A DNA stretch of 64,000 nucleotides from Marsupella aquatica. Taxonomy: Eukaryota > Plantae > Marchantiophyta. The DNA lies in the NCBI GenBank assembly GCA_973895155.1, contig OZ316893.1, positions 11,608,259 through 11,672,258 on the forward strand. The letters run 5' to 3'. Shown here one piece after another: positions 62,433 to 64,000 of this stretch (the first letter of the stretch is position 1; every line of letters starts with the position of its first letter). A model generated the notes under the pieces. That model saw only the letters and a list, made by a program, of their open reading frames with translations, had not been told where the DNA came from and made no database searches. Made by a program: the position numbers and the translations under genes.

Positions 62433-62789
62433 GATGCTATATCTATCAACCTCTCAATCACTCACGACGAAATCCAAAAAGTTGGCGCCGTGGACAAAAT
62501 CGCAAATCAGAACCGACAATTGCCTCCCACGAAAGCGGCTCCGTAGTAGAAGAACAGCAGTCCCTTAAAGCAGCCTGTTACACTTTCAACGAACGAAGGA
62601 AAGCACGCAGCCTCAACGAGAAAAGAAGAACAGCAACGCAACCAGCGTGTGCACGAGTGCAGGACGAGGGAAAGCAGGCCGAACGAGAAAAGAAGATTCA
62701 GTGGGGCAAACCAGCCAGTTTTTAGAGGTACTGAGAGGCAGGGAAAGCGGCCAGCCTCCTCGCAATCTGGGGAGCAACGAGTGCAGGAA

Positions 62790-63095
62790 ACGAGAGAAGA
62801 CGAGACGAGACGAGACGAGAGGTGAAGAGTAGAGAAGAGACGAGAAGAGACGAGACGAGAAAGAGAAGAAAGGGTGCTGTTCATCGACAGACGGACACAA
62901 GAGGATACTACTCTTCTTCTACTGTATTAATTTCTCGGACGAGGTGGAAGACGTGCGTGTGAACGCCGACGGCCGGGCAACCCGTCGACGAGAGAAGAAG
63001 AAGGGGGAAACGCACCGGCGACAGAACCGGAAACGGTGCTCCCACTGCACAGTCGACAGTGGACAGACGGACGGACGGACGGACGGACGGCGGAG
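62790..63095. repeat. Microsatellites (GAGAC)n/(GAGAA)n and (GACG)n upstream of VPS33
   Basis: Seen directly at about 62790-62870 and 63060-63092. Confidence 0.85.
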
Positions 63096-63410
63096 GTACA
63101 GTTTCAAACCACGCGACGACGGCACTAACGGCGGTCCGATCTCACGGTGCTGACTAACGGCGATCCGATGTGACGGTGCTGACTCACGGCGATCAAATGC
63201 GACGGTGCTGACGGTAATGCCTTGACTGTGCTGAGAGCGATGCTGAGTCAATTTCTAGCGACAGATATATCCTGTGGACCCCAAAATGAAAATTTGTTAT
63301 TTGATTGATTTCATGAATGATCCATAAAATTCATAAACCTTATATAAATATACACAAAAAATCTTGTGGGGTGATAAAGTAACATTTTTACATTTTTCAT
63401 CAAGTATATA

Positions 63411-63659
63411 TCTACCACTATAATAAAGGATCCCTTTTTTTTTTTGTCCTTCGTCCCAATACAAAAAAAACTCCTGAGCAGAAAAGATTCACAGCCGATG
63501 AATTTGTTTGGTTGTTTTCCCGATTATTGATGGAAGAAATGGGCACCCCTGGCACATGTGCTTCACCAAGTTGCTCCATTAATGCCCCGGCCCGACTCCC
63601 TAGCTATGGGCCAGCCCTCCTTGCACCACCCAATGCACAAGCATAGGGCCCGTGTCTTG
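63411..63659 (+). mobile_element. Non-autonomous Helitron-like element, copy B
   Basis: Starts TCTACCACTATAATAAAG after an A; inverted homolog of 42859-43105. Confidence 0.65.
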
Positions 63660-64000
63660 AATCATGGGCACAAGTTTGGGTACTGGGTAATCAATATAAG
63701 TGTTTGAACATTTACTTGACTGTCCTCCAAACCAAAGTCTCCCCCCCCCACCAACCACATGAGGTTTTGGGTGAGTTGATTAAAGGTCTATTAGTAGTCT
63801 GGATCATTCCGGGGATCATTCATGGGGTCCATTGAGTAACATTTTTCATTTTGGATGTCCGTGACATAAATTTCTTCTGGGTAAGTTTATTTAAGGTCTA
63901 CTAACAGTATGGGGTCCATCGACACTCTTTATTTTGGATGTCCGTGAAATAAATTTGTGGTTTTTGTTTACTTTGAAAAATACTTACGCCCAAATGATTG

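Overview
Eukaryotic nuclear DNA from a land plant; gene style and expanded F-box and TE families suggest a bryophyte, probably a liverwort (inference). The flanks carry host genes: the 3' part of GDPD4, RPN9/PSMD13, a DOG1-domain gene, RBX1, OTP51 (PPR plus LAGLIDADG), VPS33, and decayed F-box and CYP85-clan P450 genes. The centre (about 17.8-39 kb) is a nested transposon block. Removing three insertions (a full-length Ty1/copia with TSD GTACT, a MITE-like element, and a 4.6-kb TG..CA element with TSD CATCA) reassembles an intron-containing DDE transposase gene. It has Kolobok-type motifs plus an inserted SAP domain and lies tail-to-tail with a KolX-like gene, so it appears to be a decayed Kolobok DNA transposon in a land plant. 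The 4.6-kb insert has no gag/pol and no direct repeats, but holds one roughly 1,180-codon PMD-like/coiled-coil frame broken only by stops explicable by C-to-T changes; a distant relative lies at 17.85-21.76 kb. All family assignments come from manual translation and recalled motifs, not database searches.
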